The notes: generated from the sequence alone by a model not told the origin. A stretch of 14,752 nt of DNA from Planctomycetota bacterium (GCA_039190745.1 JBCCXZ010000078.1:1-14752); one strand, 5' to 3'. Counted from the stretch's first letter, positions 1 through 8,186 are shown. Translations and numbers: made by a program.

Positions 1-393
1 CAGCGAGTGGGCCTCCGAGCCGACGACTTGGTAGCCCAACCGGAGCTGGGGATTAATCAACAGCGGGGCGCGGAGGTTCATCGAAACGGAGTCGTTGTGC
101 CGGCTGACCAGCGCGAGCACCTGGGCGGTCTGCGGCGTGGAGAGGCCGATGGTCGCCAGGTCCCTGCGGCAGACGCCGATCTGGTAGTCGGCCACGAAGC
201 GGCGGGGGGACGCGACGCCCAATGCCAGCGACTGGTCGTCTAGCGACTGCATCCAGGCGAGGCTGCCCGCCTGCGGGTCTTCGACCAACGCCCAACGCCG
301 GCAGTCGTCGAAGCCGATCAGGCCGTGGGCGAACACGAGTTCGTCGCCGGGGCCGATGTGCAGCGTGCCGAAGTGTTTTGTTCTGAATTCCAT
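1..393 (-). CDS. fliW: Flagellar assembly factor FliW (CsrA antagonist), 3' end beyond window edge
   Basis: Not in the ORF track. Manual translation from ATG at 393 is open to base 1: MEFRTKHFGTLHIGPGDELVFAHGLIGFDDCRRWALVEDPQAGSLAWMQSLDDQSLALGVASPRRFVADYQI...SMNLRAPLLINPQLRLGYQVV. It has the FliW hallmarks TxxFG, FxxGLxGF, WxQSxxD and NLxAPxxIN, and lies directly after flgK-flgL. Confidence 0.93.
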   Translation of the reverse strand, partial: MEFRTKHFGTLHIGPGDELVFAHGLIGFDDCRRWALVEDPQAGSLAWMQSLDDQSLALGVASPRRFVADYQIGVCRRDLATIGLSTPQTAQVLALVSRHNDSVSMNLRAPLLINPQLRLGYQVVGSEAHSL

Positions 394-549
394 TCCTTCG
401 CCCCAGCGTCGATCTAAGCGACCGAGGTCCGCATCCATTCGGGCGAGCACGCAGCCGAGCCGCGGGATCCCCTGACAGCACTAGCATCGGCGAACACAAA
501 GATGAGCGATCAGTCAAAGTAGGGCGAATAGAGCGACTCGGGGATTGCC

Positions 550-567
550 CGATCCGCACGATCCGCA
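550..567. repeat. 9-bp tandem repeat (CGATCCGCA x2) in the flgL-fliW spacer
   Basis: Exact copies at 550-558 and 559-567. Confidence 0.8.
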
Positions 568-627
568 CTCGGCTGCAGCGCCGGGGGACCGGCGTTCGCT
601 CTTGGACACGAGTCGGGAGCTGCAGGC

Positions 628-3570
628 CTACAGGAAATCGAGCAGCGAGAGCTGGAGGAGGTTCGCGATTGTCTGCAGCGACGCCTGGTACGCCGTCTGG
701 CGTGCGGTGAGGTCGGAGATGGCCTCGGCGAGATCGACGTCCAACTCTTCGGACAGCGCCGACGTGAGCTGGATGGTCTCGTCCTCGAGCGAGTAGAGGG
801 TGAGTTCGAGCCCCTGCTGGCGGGCGCCGACCTCGGCGCGGGCGAATGTGACGCGTTCGATGTCGGCGTCGAGGCCCTCGATCGCACGGCTGATCGCTTC
901 GGTATCGCCCGATTCCAGAGCTTCCTGGAGCCGAAGGAGCGTGTTGAAGACGCTCTCGTTCTCGATGAAGTTGCGGTCTTCGCTGGTCAGTGTGGCGGTG
1001 GTCGAAGTGACGGAGCCTTCGTCCTCGCTCAGAAAACCGAGCGACTGGGCCACGGTGCTGTCGAGCGGTTGGCTGACGGTGAGGTCGCCCGCGACGCCGC
1101 CGGTGGTGTCGGTGAGCGTGATACCGTTGCCGACCGAGGCAAGCGTGGCGACGACCGCGCCCCCGGTTGCGGAGGTGATCTCGGTGAGAACGTCTTCGAT
1201 CGTCTCGGCCGATGCCAGAGAGATGTTGTATCCCTGGCCGTTGCGGTCGGTGATGCTGAAGTCCACCGCGCGGATGCTGCCTTCGTAGGCTGTGGCGAAC
1301 TGCGTGCCGGTGCTTTCGACCTGTAGGGTGCCGATGCCGACCGTGTTGTCGATCAGCTCGATGCCGCCGGAGCCGTCGTCCTGAGCCGTTACCGCAACAC
1401 CGGTGACGGCGTTGATGGCGTTGATGACGTCGTTCGTCGAGGGGTCGGGCGGGCCCGGAGGCAGAGTGACCGCAAAAGACTGCCCGGAAGCGGTTTCGAT
1501 CGCGACCTCGTCACCGGTGATGACGAAGGGCAGCGGCTGGTTCAGCGGGACGCCGACGCCCTCGTTCAGTTCGTCGAGCCGTGTGTTGCTGGTGTAGGTC
1601 CGGACGCCGAGCTGGGTCGCGGTGGAGCCGCCGTTCTCACCGATCTGGAACTCAGCTCCGCTGACGCGTGAGCGGATGTCGACGCCCGTGGCGGCGTCGT
1701 TGAGCGAGGCGGACAGCCCCGCGGGCGAGCCGTTGAGCACGTTGAGGAGGTCCTGCACGGTCTCGGCATCGGCCGTTTCGATCGTGTAGGTCTCGCCGCC
1801 GTTGACGACTTGGATGCCCGAGGCGAGGTCGAGGTTGGCGCCCGAGCCGCCGGAGGTGACCGCGGTGACGCCCGTATCGACGATGCCGCTGCCAGCGGCG
1901 GCGAGCGAAGAGCTGTCTTGGGGGTCGAGCTCGGCCGTGAAGGTCCCCTCATCGTTGATTGCCGCGATGACTTGGTTGGCGGTTGAGGCGCCCGGGTCGA
2001 CGCGCACGTAGAGCGTGCCCGCGGCGCCGCCGCTGTTACCGGTGTTCGAGGGCGGGTTGGTCACCGCGTCGCCGACCGCGACGGTCGCCGTGGGGTTGAG
2101 CGCCGCTTCGACGCTGTTGTCGTGCGCGGCGGTGAAGGGCACGGCCCCGTTGTTGGCCAGTTCGTCGATGATCGCCTGGACGCTGGTCTCGCCGGAATCG
2201 TCGATGCCGATAGTGAGCGTGCGGGTCGTGCCGGTGTCGGTGTAGGTCGCGGTGGCTGCGTCGCCGATGTCGCCGGCGTCGACGACGTTGATCGCGACGT
2301 TGTTGAAAAGCGTGCCCGCGTTGTCGGCGGTGATAATCAGGTCGTTCCCGGAGCCGGTGAAGCTCAGAGCCGCGGACGCGGCCCGGGCGTTGGCGTCGTA
2401 CTCGGCGACTTCGTTGCCCGCGGCGAGGCCCGAAGCGGCGGTCAGCAGTTCGTCGTCGACGTACTGCAGCGTGACGCCGCTGAGCGAGGCGCCATTGCTG
2501 GCCGCGATCAGGCTGAAGTCGTTGTTTTGCCCCACCGAGCCGACTTCCGCCCGGGCCTTTGTGCCGAGCAGGTCTTCCAGCCGGGTGTTGAGCGTGATCG
2601 AAGGGTTGAGGTCGTCGCCGACCAGGTCGCCTGTGCCGACGCCGGTTTCGTTGAGGATGCCCAGCTCAAGTGCGGTGCGGCCGGAGCCGACCTCCGAGAC
2701 GCTCAGGTTGGCGCCGGCGTTGGGGCCGAAGCTGGGCGGCAGCCGCAGCGTAAGGCCCTGCCCGGTGATGTCGACCTGCACCTGCTTGCCCTGGGGAGGG
2801 TTCTCCTCGATAAGTCTGGCCACGTCGCCGACGGTGACGGCCCCGCTGAGGTCGATGACCGAGACGTTCGATCCATCAGAGACGGAGATGGCCCCGTTTG
2901 GGCTGAGTCCGGCGCCGCCCTGTAGCGTGGAGAGCAGCGTGTCTTCGGTCACTTGGGGATTGAGGTCCACCGAGCCGGCGACCGCTTCGGAGATGCCGCC
3001 GAACACCTCGGTGCCGGGGATGTTGGCCGAGAACAGCACATCGAGGTCGGAGTAGCTCTGGATGAGCGACTCGTTGCCGTGGTAGGTGACGGTTTGCCCG
3101 GTGAGCTCGTAAGGTGATTCGCTGGTGTTCGTGCCGCCGAACAGGTATCTGCCGCGGAAGGTGGTGTTGCCCTTGGAGAGGATAAAGTCCAGCGCCGCGT
3201 CGATTTCGTCGATGACCGCCTGACGCTGGGTATCGGTGGCCGTTGTGCCCGCTACGCCGAGGGCCGAGCCGCGGATGTCTGCTAGCCGGGTCGAGACGTC
3301 ACTGAGCGCGGTGTCGGTCGCCGCGAGGTAGGTGCTGCCGGTGGTGACATTGGTTTCGATCTGCGACTTGCGCTCAAGAAGTTGCTGGAGCGTGATCGAC
3401 CGCAGGGCCGCGGGGGCGTCTTCGCTGGGGAGGTTGATCCGCCGGCCGGTGCTGATCTGGTCTTGGATGCGGAGCAGGCTGAGCTGGTCGGATTGCAACT
3501 GCTGCAGCAACCGGTCGCGGGTGTACAGGCCCGTGGTGCGGGTGGTCGGGATGGGGGAGATGCCGGCCAT
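628..3570 (-). CDS. flgL: Flagellar hook-associated protein 3 FlgL, 980 aa, with a very large central insertion
   Basis: Flagellin/FlgL N-terminal helix (QDQISTGRRINLPSEDAPAA...GNTTFRGRYLFGG) and C-terminal helix (RAEVGARQQGLE...DVDLAEAISDL...AYQASLQ...LSLLDFL). Follows flgK. ATG 3570 (MAGISPIPTTR) is preferred over the ORF-track start at 3624. Confidence 0.92.
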   Translation of the reverse strand: MAGISPIPTTRTTGLYTRDRLLQQLQSDQLSLLRIQDQISTGRRINLPSEDAPAALRSITLQQLLERKSQIETNVTTGSTYLAATDTALSDVSTRLADIRGSALGVAGTTATDTQRQAVIDEIDAALDFILSKGNTTFRGRYLFGGTNTSESPYELTGQTVTYHGNESLIQSYSDLDVLFSANIPGTEVFGGISEAVAGSVDLNPQVTEDTLLSTLQGGAGLSPNGAISVSDGSNVSVIDLSGAVTVGDVARLIEENPPQGKQVQVDITGQGLTLRLPPSFGPNAGANLSVSEVGSGRTALELGILNETGVGTGDLVGDDLNPSITLNTRLEDLLGTKARAEVGSVGQNNDFSLIAASNGASLSGVTLQYVDDELLTAASGLAAGNEVAEYDANARAASAALSFTGSGNDLIITADNAGTLFNNVAINVVDAGDIGDAATATYTDTGTTRTLTIGIDDSGETSVQAIIDELANNGAVPFTAAHDNSVEAALNPTATVAVGDAVTNPPSNTGNSGGAAGTLYVRVDPGASTANQVIAAINDEGTFTAELDPQDSSSLAAAGSGIVDTGVTAVTSGGSGANLDLASGIQVVNGGETYTIETADAETVQDLLNVLNGSPAGLSASLNDAATGVDIRSRVSGAEFQIGENGGSTATQLGVRTYTSNTRLDELNEGVGVPLNQPLPFVITGDEVAIETASGQSFAVTLPPGPPDPSTNDVINAINAVTGVAVTAQDDGSGGIELIDNTVGIGTLQVESTGTQFATAYEGSIRAVDFSITDRNGQGYNISLASAETIEDVLTEITSATGGAVVATLASVGNGITLTDTTGGVAGDLTVSQPLDSTVAQSLGFLSEDEGSVTSTTATLTSEDRNFIENESVFNTLLRLQEALESGDTEAISRAIEGLDADIERVTFARAEVGARQQGLELTLYSLEDETIQLTSALSEELDVDLAEAISDLTARQTAYQASLQTIANLLQLSLLDFL

Positions 3571-3649
3571 GGCGTTGTTGTGGGTGTGTCGGGGCCGCGG
3601 GTGGATCGGGTTGGCTGTGGGCAACCGTGCCGGCCGCGCGAACGGCCTG

Positions 3650-5341
3650 CTAGAGGTTGACTAGGATGTCGAGCAGTTCGGTGATCGTGCCGATGTAACG
3701 CGCGGCCGCCTGGTAGGTACTCTGCAGCTGGATCATGTCGATCGTCTCTTCGTCGAGGTTGACGCCGGTGATCGCCTGGCTGCTCGCTTCGAGGCTCTGC
3801 GAGAAGACCCGGAAGCCCTCGGCGACCGATTCAGCGACGGTGGCCCCGCTGGTGGTCTCGTTGATCAGTTGGTCGTATACGGCGGTGAACGTGCCGCCCT
3901 CGAGCTGGCTGAGCCCTTCGTCGTTTAGCGAGATCAAGGCGAGCGCGTTCTGGGTGTCGGCCCCGATGCCATCGAGACTGGCCGCGAACTTCGACCCGTC
4001 GGAGACCACGACCTGATTGATGCTGAGGCTGTTGGCGTTCGTCCCGGTGAAGAATGTGTTGAGGCCCAGCGACGCGAGCACCCCGCTGGTGTCCCCTTCG
4101 AAGGCAAACTCCAGCTCGGACGACTCGGTCTGGATCTGCAGCCGGTTGTCGAGGGTCACCGAGGCGGTTACGCCGTCGGCGGCGTCGATCGCGGCCGCCA
4201 GCGAGTCGAGCGTCGTGTCTCCGTCGATGCCGTTCAGGTCGATCGAGATGGGGACGCGTTCGGTGAGCTCGGTCCGGGTGTTGCGGATCAGGAGGTCGAA
4301 CCCGCCGCTTACCGGCACGGAGTTCAGCCCGGCTTCGTCCAGGGCGACGGAGGCGCTGGTGACCGACTCGACACCGGTGAGGCTGTCGAAACCGGTCGTG
4401 CCCTGGCCCTGGGAGTACACCCGGTTGAATTCTTGGGCAAGGGTCTGGGCGAACTCGTCGAGCCGGTCGGAGAACCCGCCGTAGATCGTGTCGCGTGACT
4501 CGTAGAGCCCCTCGAGCTGGCCGCCCGTGGCCGAGAGCGGGGCGTTGTTGTCCTCGAAGCGGATAACCGACCGCAGCTCGCCGTCGGTGCTCTCGACGAT
4601 CGACTCGACGTCGCGTTTGGTCGCTTCGAAGACGAGCAGCTCGCCGCCGACCGCGACGTTGACCACGCCGGTGTCGAGCTCGGTGGCGGTGATGTCGATC
4701 AGCCCGGCCAACTCTGTGAGTGCTTGGTTCCGCTCGCTGCGGAGTGCGCCGGCCTCGCTGGCTCCGCCGGCCTCGATGTTGACGATCTGGTAGTTGAGCT
4801 GCGAAATCTGGTCCGACAGCGAGTTGACCTCGACGGCGAGGTCGTCAACGCGTGAGCTGAGGTCGGTGGTCGCCTGGCGGACGCGGCGGTCGATCGTGTT
4901 GACCGTGGTGGTGAGTCTCACGCCGGCCTGCACCGCGAGGTTGCGGACAGCGTTGTTCTGCGGGTCGTTCGCCACCTCGTCGATGGCGTTGAAAAAGTCG
5001 TTCAGGCTGGAGCTGATGTCGGTGTCGGTCAGCTCGCCGAGGATCGCCTGGAGGTCGAGGTACGACTGCTGCTGCAGCTCGGCGCTGGCGAGGTCGCTGC
5101 CGGCGTCGCGGACCCGATTTTCGAGGAAGCGGTCGACGTTCTGGACGATCGCGTCGATCTGGACGCCGTTGCCGACCGTGAGGTTGCCGAGCTTCTGTAC
5201 AGGCGCGGGGGAGTAGATCGTCCGCTCGCGGATGTACCCCGGCGTGTTCGCATTGGCGATGTTCTGCCCAACGACCTGCAGACCGATCTGCGTGGCGTTG
5301 AGCGTATTCGCGGCGGTCTGTAGTGAGCTGAAGAGCGTCAT
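3650..5341 (-). CDS. flgK: Flagellar hook-associated protein 1 FlgK, 563 aa
   Basis: N-terminal GQNIANANTPGYIRER and C-terminal GVNLDEETIDMIQLQSTYQAAARYI motifs; located between flgN and flgL. Confidence 0.96.
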   Translation of the reverse strand: MTLFSSLQTAANTLNATQIGLQVVGQNIANANTPGYIRERTIYSPAPVQKLGNLTVGNGVQIDAIVQNVDRFLENRVRDAGSDLASAELQQQSYLDLQAILGELTDTDISSSLNDFFNAIDEVANDPQNNAVRNLAVQAGVRLTTTVNTIDRRVRQATTDLSSRVDDLAVEVNSLSDQISQLNYQIVNIEAGGASEAGALRSERNQALTELAGLIDITATELDTGVVNVAVGGELLVFEATKRDVESIVESTDGELRSVIRFEDNNAPLSATGGQLEGLYESRDTIYGGFSDRLDEFAQTLAQEFNRVYSQGQGTTGFDSLTGVESVTSASVALDEAGLNSVPVSGGFDLLIRNTRTELTERVPISIDLNGIDGDTTLDSLAAAIDAADGVTASVTLDNRLQIQTESSELEFAFEGDTSGVLASLGLNTFFTGTNANSLSINQVVVSDGSKFAASLDGIGADTQNALALISLNDEGLSQLEGGTFTAVYDQLINETTSGATVAESVAEGFRVFSQSLEASSQAITGVNLDEETIDMIQLQSTYQAAARYIGTITELLDILVNL

Positions 5342-5382
5342 GCCAGCACGGTGCAGGTCGGAGAGCGAGTCGGGGTGAGGTT

Positions 5383-5411
5383 GAGCGGGATGGAAAACCG
5401 CCCATCCGCTC
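5383..5411 (-). other. Stem-loop immediately after the flgN stop codon
   Basis: GAGCGG(G)ATGG (5383-5393) pairs with CCATCCGCTC (5402-5411): 10 bp with one bulge and an 8-nt loop. There is no U-tract, so it is not a classic intrinsic terminator. Confidence 0.5.
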
Positions 5412-5884
5412 TAGACAGCCTGGTCCATCAACGAGCCGCTGGATTCAGGGGTCCGCCCCTTGTCATATGTCGGCCGGCTGCGGCCGCCGGTGGCAATAAT
5501 CTCCAGCATGTGCGACAGATGCAGCACGCTGCGCTGCATCGCGACCCAGTGGGAAAGGCTCTCATGACGCAGGAGCTGCGACTTTTCTCGGGCGGATTCA
5601 ATCGGGGCCCGCAGCTTCTGACCCGCTGCGTCCGGCAGCGACGCGGCGAGGTCGGTGATGCTGGCGTTGGGCAGGCCTCGGCCGGCGGCGTCCGCTAGCA
5701 GCGACTCGCGCTGCTGCTGGCACGCCTGCAGCTCCTCGGCCAGCCGCTGCTCCTCCGGCGCCAGGGCGGCGATCGCGCCGTGGTCGCCGGAGACGAGGTG
5801 CTCCCGCTTTTTTGTCAGCAGCGCGAGCAGCTGCTCCTGCGTCTGGGTGAGCCTGCCCAACAGCTCGGTGATCTCGTTCTCCAC
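5411..5884 (-). CDS. flgN: Flagellar export chaperone FlgN, 157 aa
   Basis: Helical Leu/Gln/Glu-rich protein (LLALLTKKREHLVSGD...EEQRLAEELQ...RESLL) with a C-terminal TY motif. GTG start with AGGAG 8 nt upstream; directly before flgK. Confidence 0.82.
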   Translation of the reverse strand: MENEITELLGRLTQTQEQLLALLTKKREHLVSGDHGAIAALAPEEQRLAEELQACQQQRESLLADAAGRGLPNASITDLAASLPDAAGQKLRAPIESAREKSQLLRHESLSHWVAMQRSVLHLSHMLEIIATGGRSRPTYDKGRTPESSGSLMDQAV

Positions 5885-5923
5885 GCGACTAGCTCCTGAT
5901 AGATGGCACTGCAGAGGCGGCTT

Positions 5924-5953
5924 CGCGGCTGCAATCGACGCGGCTGCAATCGA
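5924..5953. repeat. 15-bp perfect tandem repeat (CGCGGCTGCAATCGA x2) in the flgJ-flgN spacer
   Basis: Exact copies at 5924-5938 and 5939-5953. Confidence 0.9.
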
Positions 5954-5971
5954 AATGTGTGGTTAGGTGGC

Positions 5972-6352
5972 TTAACGGCGGCGTAGGGCGAGCAGGTCGG
6001 CCGTGCTCGGACGGTTTTCTTCGGCGGCGGCTTCGAGGACCTCGGCCTGCTGCGGGAACTGCTGGCGGAACATGGGGTCGGCGATCTGATCGCTGTTGGC
6101 CTCGGTCATGTGCTCGGCCAGCGTTTGGTCGAGCTGGCCGCGGAAGACCTCTTCAGCACGGCCGCCGTGGAAGTAGGCCGGCTTGCCGACCGTGGTGCGC
6201 ATCGACTTGAGCAGCTGTCCGTAGAACGACTCGCCGACGAACTGGCGGAAGGTTTCCTGCACCTCTTGGGCCGCGGCGAGCTTCTGCTCGCTGCCCACGC
6301 CGGTCGGGCGCAGGGGGCGGACTCCGTTGAGGTTGGTCATATCGATCTTCAT
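5972..6352 (-). CDS. flgJ: Rod-binding protein (single-domain FlgJ, no muramidase domain), 126 aa
   Basis: ETFRQFVGESFYGQLLKSMRTTV...GRAEEVFRGQLDQTLAEHM resembles the FlgJ N-terminal rod-binding domain; directly after flgI. Confidence 0.8.
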   Translation of the reverse strand: MKIDMTNLNGVRPLRPTGVGSEQKLAAAQEVQETFRQFVGESFYGQLLKSMRTTVGKPAYFHGGRAEEVFRGQLDQTLAEHMTEANSDQIADPMFRQQFPQQAEVLEAAAEENRPSTADLLALRRR

Positions 6353-6387
6353 AGCGTCTTCTCGGGGGTGGCTCGTCGAGCGGTTGG

Positions 6388-7458
6388 CTACTCGACGATC
6401 AGCTTGCCGTGCAGTTTGCCGGTGCGGTTGATTGACTTGATGATCTCGATCGCGTCGTCGCTGGAGACGTTGAGGCTGTCGAGGGCGTCGACCAAGTCCT
6501 GGAGGCGTCCGGTGTTCTGCTTCTCCAGGGTGAACTCGGTGAAACGGTCGCCCTGCCCCGCGTCGACGACGATGTTGCGGTGCGAGACGACCACGTCGCC
6601 GATCTCGACGTTTCCGTCGAGCACAATGCTGCCGGTCCGCTCGTTAATGACCACGCGGGCCTCGGGGGTTGCGCTGTAGACCTGGCGGTCTAAGAGGTCG
6701 GCGATGAAGGTGACCGGCTCCTGCTCGTACGCCTTGGGGATGGTGATCATGATGTTGGCCGCGTCCATCGCCCTCACTTGGTTCTCATCGAGCTGGTAGA
6801 ACTGCTGGACGATGTCGACGATCTCGGTGGCCGTGCCGAAGTTGGCGTGGTTCTTGTCGAGGACGATGGTGATCGTGCCGTTCTGCTTGAACTGCGTGAA
6901 GACGTCCTCTTCCATCTGGCAGCCGTTGAAGATTCGCCCGGTGAGCGGCTGCGTCGGGTCGTCGAGGTGGATGGCCCCCTCTGCGAGGGCGTAGACGCGG
7001 TTGTCGGAGATGTTCGGCCCCTGGAGGGCGGCGAAGGCGAGGCGTCCGCCGGCGAGGCTCTTGCCGTTGATGCCGCTGACGGTGCAGTCGAGCTTGTCGC
7101 CGCGGCGGGCGCCGGTGGCGGGGACCTTGGCCTGGACCCAGACCAGGGCGACGTTCTTGACGTTGCGGAGCTCGGCGATGCCCTGCGATCCGGCGATGCC
7201 CGCCTGCGGGATGGGGCTGCCCATGATCTCGAACACCCGCGAGAGTGCCCGCATTGTGGGGGCGTCGGCCGACTCGCCGGTCCCGTTGAGCCCGACCACC
7301 AAACCGAGGCCCTGGAGGTTGTTCTCCTCCTGGCCCTTGATGCGGCAGATGTTCCGCAGGACAGTGTTCGCCGAGGCCGTGCGGGTCGCTCCAAGGAAGG
7401 ACGCGACGATCGCCGCAGCGGCGAGCACTCTGGCGGTACGTGAAAGGTTGGCGTTCAT
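6388..7458 (-). CDS. flgI: Flagellar P-ring protein FlgI, 356 aa
   Basis: Signal peptide followed by NNLQGLGLVVGLNGTG, KNVALVWV, KSLAGGRL, ARVVINERTGSIV, LVDALDSL and GKLHGKL motifs. ATG 7458 is chosen because the 7545 start overlaps flgH. Confidence 0.96.
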   Translation of the reverse strand: MNANLSRTARVLAAAAIVASFLGATRTASANTVLRNICRIKGQEENNLQGLGLVVGLNGTGESADAPTMRALSRVFEIMGSPIPQAGIAGSQGIAELRNVKNVALVWVQAKVPATGARRGDKLDCTVSGINGKSLAGGRLAFAALQGPNISDNRVYALAEGAIHLDDPTQPLTGRIFNGCQMEEDVFTQFKQNGTITIVLDKNHANFGTATEIVDIVQQFYQLDENQVRAMDAANIMITIPKAYEQEPVTFIADLLDRQVYSATPEARVVINERTGSIVLDGNVEIGDVVVSHRNIVVDAGQGDRFTEFTLEKQNTGRLQDLVDALDSLNVSSDDAIEIIKSINRTGKLHGKLIVE

Positions 7459-7505
7459 CGTGGAATCCCGGAGATTCGGCGGCACTGTTTGTTGTTGAGC
7501 GGGGT

Positions 7506-8186
7506 CTAGAAGAAGCGGATCTTGTCCATGAACCGTTTTGCCCACCCGCGGGCGTAGCCGTCGCGGACCTGTCCCTCTTCGTTTTTGACGATCCGCAGCT
7601 CGGCGATCGCGCTGCTGTCGACCGTGCGGTCTGCTTGGATCGACTCTCGCCGAACGACACCGGTGAGCGAGATCTCCCAGACCTCTTCGTTGTTGTTGAT
7701 CGTCTGGTGGGCTTCGAGCACGAGGTTCCCGTTCGGGCGGATGTCGACGATTTTCGCCGCGACGCGGAAGCGGAGCGAGTCTCGCAGCTCGATGTCCGAC
7801 TCGGTCCGGTATTGGCTATTGAGGTTTCCAGAGATGGTCGGGTCGCCGTTGCTCTGGGGAGCGGGCTCGAGGTTCTTTCCGTCGAAGCGGAGCCAGTCGG
7901 CGAGCACGGCGGTGAGGTTCGCGGTCTTCCGGCTCTCGGCGTCGCCCTCGCTGAGGAAGACGGTGCTGTAGTCGACGATCACGGTGATGATGTCGTTCTT
8001 GGCGAGCTCACGAGGCCGGGCCTCGGGCGGCAGCTCGTTGTAGAGGAAGGAGACGTGCTGCGGAGCGAGCCCAGAGCCGTTCGCCCGGAGGAGGCTCGAA
8101 TCCTGAGCGAAGCACTCGCCGGCGTAGCAAAGCGCGAAAGCGGCAAGGCCGCAGACGGCTGGCATAAGGTGTTTCTTGTTTGGCAT
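7506..8186 (-). CDS. flgH: Flagellar L-ring protein FlgH, 226 aa
   Basis: NDIITVIV, VAAKIVDIRPNGNLVLEA, LTGVVRRESI...VDSSAIAELRI and RGWAKRF motifs. ATG 8186 has AGGA upstream; the longer ORF-track extension overlaps flgA. Confidence 0.93.
   Translation of the reverse strand: MPNKKHLMPAVCGLAAFALCYAGECFAQDSSLLRANGSGLAPQHVSFLYNELPPEARPRELAKNDIITVIVDYSTVFLSEGDAESRKTANLTAVLADWLRFDGKNLEPAPQSNGDPTISGNLNSQYRTESDIELRDSLRFRVAAKIVDIRPNGNLVLEAHQTINNNEEVWEISLTGVVRRESIQADRTVDSSAIAELRIVKNEEGQVRDGYARGWAKRFMDKIRFF

Noticed and set aside
484..512. GCCGATGC on the minus strand upstream of fliW as a sigma-28 -10 box
   Set aside because: No TAAA-like -35 element at the expected 15-nt spacing, so it is too weak to call.
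53..568. 171-aa minus-strand ORF in the track
   Set aside because: Wrong frame; the real gene here is fliW, starting at 393.
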